DNA of 64,000 nucleotides from Fibrobacteria bacterium (GTDB lineage Bacteria; Fibrobacterota; Fibrobacteria; UBA11236): NCBI GenBank assembly GCA_043732185.1, contig JAYTHY010000046.1, positions 96,001 to 160,000 of the forward strand, read 5' to 3'. Shown piece by piece: positions 61,812 to 64,000 of this stretch (position 1 is its first letter; each line of letters starts with the position of its first letter). The notes under the pieces were generated by a model. It saw only the letters and a program-made list of their open reading frames with translations, ran no database searches and was not told where the DNA came from. The position numbers and the translations under genes were made by a program.

Positions 61812-62923
61812 GCGGGGTCGCCAGGCCCAGGGAAAAAGCAATTTTGGTAGGCGTCGCCACCAATAGTGTTTCGGCAAAAACCGTCAAAGAGCATCTTGCC
61901 GAATTGGGCCGGTTGGCGGAAACGGCCGGAGCCGACGTGGTCGATAGCACTTTGCAGCGCAGGGAAAAACTGGATCCGTCCACCTTGATTGGAGCCGGTA
62001 AGGTGCAAGAAATCGCCGAAATGGTGGAACGCCATAACGCCGATCTCGTTATTTTCGATGAAGATTTGAATGGCTCCCAGGTCAAAAATCTGGAAGCCAC
62101 CATCACTGCAAAAATTCTTGATCGCAGCGGAATCATTCTGGACATCTTTGCCAAACACGCCAAAACGGCGGAAGCCAAGGTGCAAGTAGAAGTGGCTCAG
62201 TTGGAATACATGTTACCCAGACTGACCAAGGCCTGGACGCATTTGTCCCGGCAGGCGGGCGGGGTGGGTATCGGCATGCGCGGTCCCGGTGAAACCCAGC
62301 TTGAAGTGGATCGCCGCCTAGTGCGAAAACGCATTGCCGACCTAAACCAGAAACTCAAAAAAATGCAGGGCATCCGTGCTGCACAGCATTCCCGTCGTAT
62401 CCCAACATTCCACATCGCCACTGTGGGCTATACCAATGCTGGCAAGTCCACACTCATGAACGCATTGACCAAAGCCGGAGTGGAATCGGCGGATAAACTA
62501 TTCGCCACATTGGACCCAACGACTCGCAAGATCTGGTTGGGTAATCAGAAATCGGCCGTGCTTTCCGATACCGTAGGTTTTATACGCAAACTCCCCGTTG
62601 GCCTGGTGTCCTCTTTCAAAAGCACATTAAGTGTTGTCGCTCAAGCAACGCTCATTCTCCACTTGGTCGATGCCAGCGCTGAGGACTTTGAAGACCAGAT
62701 GGAAATCACCGCGGGCATTCTTTCCGAATTATGCCCGGAAGAGACCAACCGATTTATCGTCTTCAATAAAATCGATTTGCTGTCGCTGGAACGCTTACAA
62801 TTCCTGGAATTGCACAATCCTCAGGCTATCTTCATTTCCGCGGAAACCAAGATTGGACTGGACCCCTTGCGGAGCCGCATCTGCGAGTACTACGATCAAA
62901 TTCAATTCAACGGTGCGCCTTGA
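61808..62923 (+). CDS. hflX: GTPase HflX
   Basis: RGPGETQLE, GYTNAGKST, LFATLD, DTVGFI and NKID; the ATG overlaps the guaA stop. Confidence 0.95.
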   Translation: MSGVARPREKAILVGVATNSVSAKTVKEHLAELGRLAETAGADVVDSTLQRREKLDPSTLIGAGKVQEIAEMVERHNADLVIFDEDLNGSQVKNLEATITAKILDRSGIILDIFAKHAKTAEAKVQVEVAQLEYMLPRLTKAWTHLSRQAGGVGIGMRGPGETQLEVDRRLVRKRIADLNQKLKKMQGIRAAQHSRRIPTFHIATVGYTNAGKSTLMNALTKAGVESADKLFATLDPTTRKIWLGNQKSAVLSDTVGFIRKLPVGLVSSFKSTLSVVAQATLILHLVDASAEDFEDQMEITAGILSELCPEETNRFIVFNKIDLLSLERLQFLELHNPQAIFISAETKIGLDPLRSRICEYYDQIQFNGAP

Positions 62924-62924
62924 A

Positions 62925-63806
62925 ATGGAATTGAATTCCATCCTCAACCCCACATTCCTTTCCAGTCTCAAGGGATTGGCGCTTAAAGCAAAAATGGTAT
63001 TGGAAGGAACGATGGCAGGCCGTCATCTTTCGCCGTATCATGGCTTCTCATCCGAATTCTCCCAGTACAAAGGGTATGTTCCCGGTGACGATATCAAGGC
63101 ACTGGACTGGAAAGTGTTCGGCAGAAACGATCAACTGGTAACGCGACAATATCAGGATGAAACCAATACCGCAGTCTATCTGGTGCTCGACAGTTCCCAC
63201 TCTATGGGCTACGCGTCTCCGGGCGGCACTGCTAAGCTTGAGTACGCGGTGGTGCTCGCCGCCGCCTTGGCGCTGATGGCTTTTGGCCAGAGGGACAGCA
63301 TTTCCGTAGCGCATGGAGCCGGAGAACCCACGGGCTTTCTTCCGCCGCGCAACAACGCTGCCCATCTCAGACAAGCACTGCAAATCTTAGAATCCCTTAA
63401 ACCGTCCGGAGTGACGGATTTAAAGGCTTTGTTTGGACGGGTGGCGGCACGACTAAAGGCCGGTAGCATGACTTTTCTTTTTACGGACTTGTGGCAGGAG
63501 CCGGAAACCATCATTACCGGCCTCAAGGAAGTTCGTTTTAAGAATCAGAGCGCCACACTGGTACAAATACTGACTCCCGAGGAAATGAATTTTTTGGAAG
63601 GGAACAATTTGGAATTGGTGGACATGGAAACCGAGTCCTCGCTAAAAGTATCGGCACGGCATCTTAAGCCTCAGTACTTGACTATGCTTGCGCAGCATAC
63701 GGAAACCCTGCGGGCAGAATGTTTCAATCTCAATGTCAAATTTGTGCGCGTAGACACCGGCACAGCCTACTTCCAAGCCATGCGCCAAATTCTGCTTCGG
63801 ACCTAA
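62925..63806 (+). CDS. DUF58 (vWA-like, MoxR-associated) protein
   Basis: G.H.S...GFS.EF..Y..Y.PGDD....DWK and LDSSHSMGY; ATG just after the hflX stop. Confidence 0.88.
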   Translation: MELNSILNPTFLSSLKGLALKAKMVLEGTMAGRHLSPYHGFSSEFSQYKGYVPGDDIKALDWKVFGRNDQLVTRQYQDETNTAVYLVLDSSHSMGYASPGGTAKLEYAVVLAAALALMAFGQRDSISVAHGAGEPTGFLPPRNNAAHLRQALQILESLKPSGVTDLKALFGRVAARLKAGSMTFLFTDLWQEPETIITGLKEVRFKNQSATLVQILTPEEMNFLEGNNLELVDMETESSLKVSARHLKPQYLTMLAQHTETLRAECFNLNVKFVRVDTGTAYFQAMRQILLRT

Positions 63807-63809
63807 AAT

Positions 63810-64000
63810 ATGTTTTCCCTGCTCAGCCCCTTCAGTCTGTGGTTGGGCGCCGCTTTAGCAGTACCGCTGGCCATTCATTTTTTGGGCCGCCAACGATTGC
63901 GCAAACAGCCTTTTCCCAGCTTACTTTTGGTCCGCGACCTATTTGCCAAATCCATGCATCGGCACCGACTGAAAAATTTCTTGCTCTTGTTGATCAGGAC
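63810..64000 (+). CDS. BatA / N-terminal double-transmembrane domain protein, 3'-truncated (absent from the ORF track)
   Basis: Hand translation MFSLLSPFSLWLGAALAVPLAIHFLGRQR...FPSL...RLKNFLLLLIR matches the P..IH...F.S...LLL.LR pattern. Confidence 0.85.
   Translation, partial: MFSLLSPFSLWLGAALAVPLAIHFLGRQRLRKQPFPSLLLVRDLFAKSMHRHRLKNFLLLLIR

Noticed and set aside
1..64000. CRISPR array, rRNA, tRNA, riboswitch or DGR/retron elements
   Set aside because: No regularly spaced repeat-spacer units, RNA gene signatures or reverse transcriptase were recognised. Intergenic gaps are short, but a covariance-model scan was not possible.

Overview
A bacterial chromosomal segment of roughly 50% GC, probably from a Fibrobacterota or other FCB-group organism (inferred from the fibro-slime surface proteins and the TPR lipoprotein type). 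The backbone is housekeeping genes: rdgB, leuS, an aldo/keto reductase, trmH-like, fabF, an M16 peptidase pair, an XPB helicase, oppDF-like ATPases, a LipM/LplA ligase, the yceD-rpmF-plsX-fabH-fabD-fabG-acpP-rnc cluster, a GT2, rlpA, a TPR lipoprotein, carB, recG, a NifA-like activator, pepA, guaA, hflX, DUF58 and a BatA-type gene. Three accessory blocks stand out. (1) 1-9390: two giant paralogous surface proteins built from a ~574-aa module; the complete one carries a fibro-slime domain. (2) 21643-34619: a partly AT-rich locus. It has a giant Ig/ZU5-like protein with a compositionally distinct Cys-rich C-terminal tip, then a ~660-bp-period array of small secreted paralogs (two intact plus a 5' relic missed by the ORF track), an LVIVD/Ig protein and an unknown lipoprotein. 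The layout resembles a polymorphic toxin/immunity or variable-adhesin system and shows signs of decay (in-frame TAA, probable frameshift, in-frame deletions). (3) 51284-54232: a three-gene cassette (LecB/PA-IIL-motif protein, DUF1360-like membrane protein, small MGCCG protein) between recG and carB. Regulatory observations include a hairpin sequestering the rnc start codon, recurring leaderless-type promoters and a C7 tract at the predicted carB start site. No rRNA, tRNA, CRISPR array, integrase or transposase was recognised. All domain calls come from motif recognition by eye, not from database searches.
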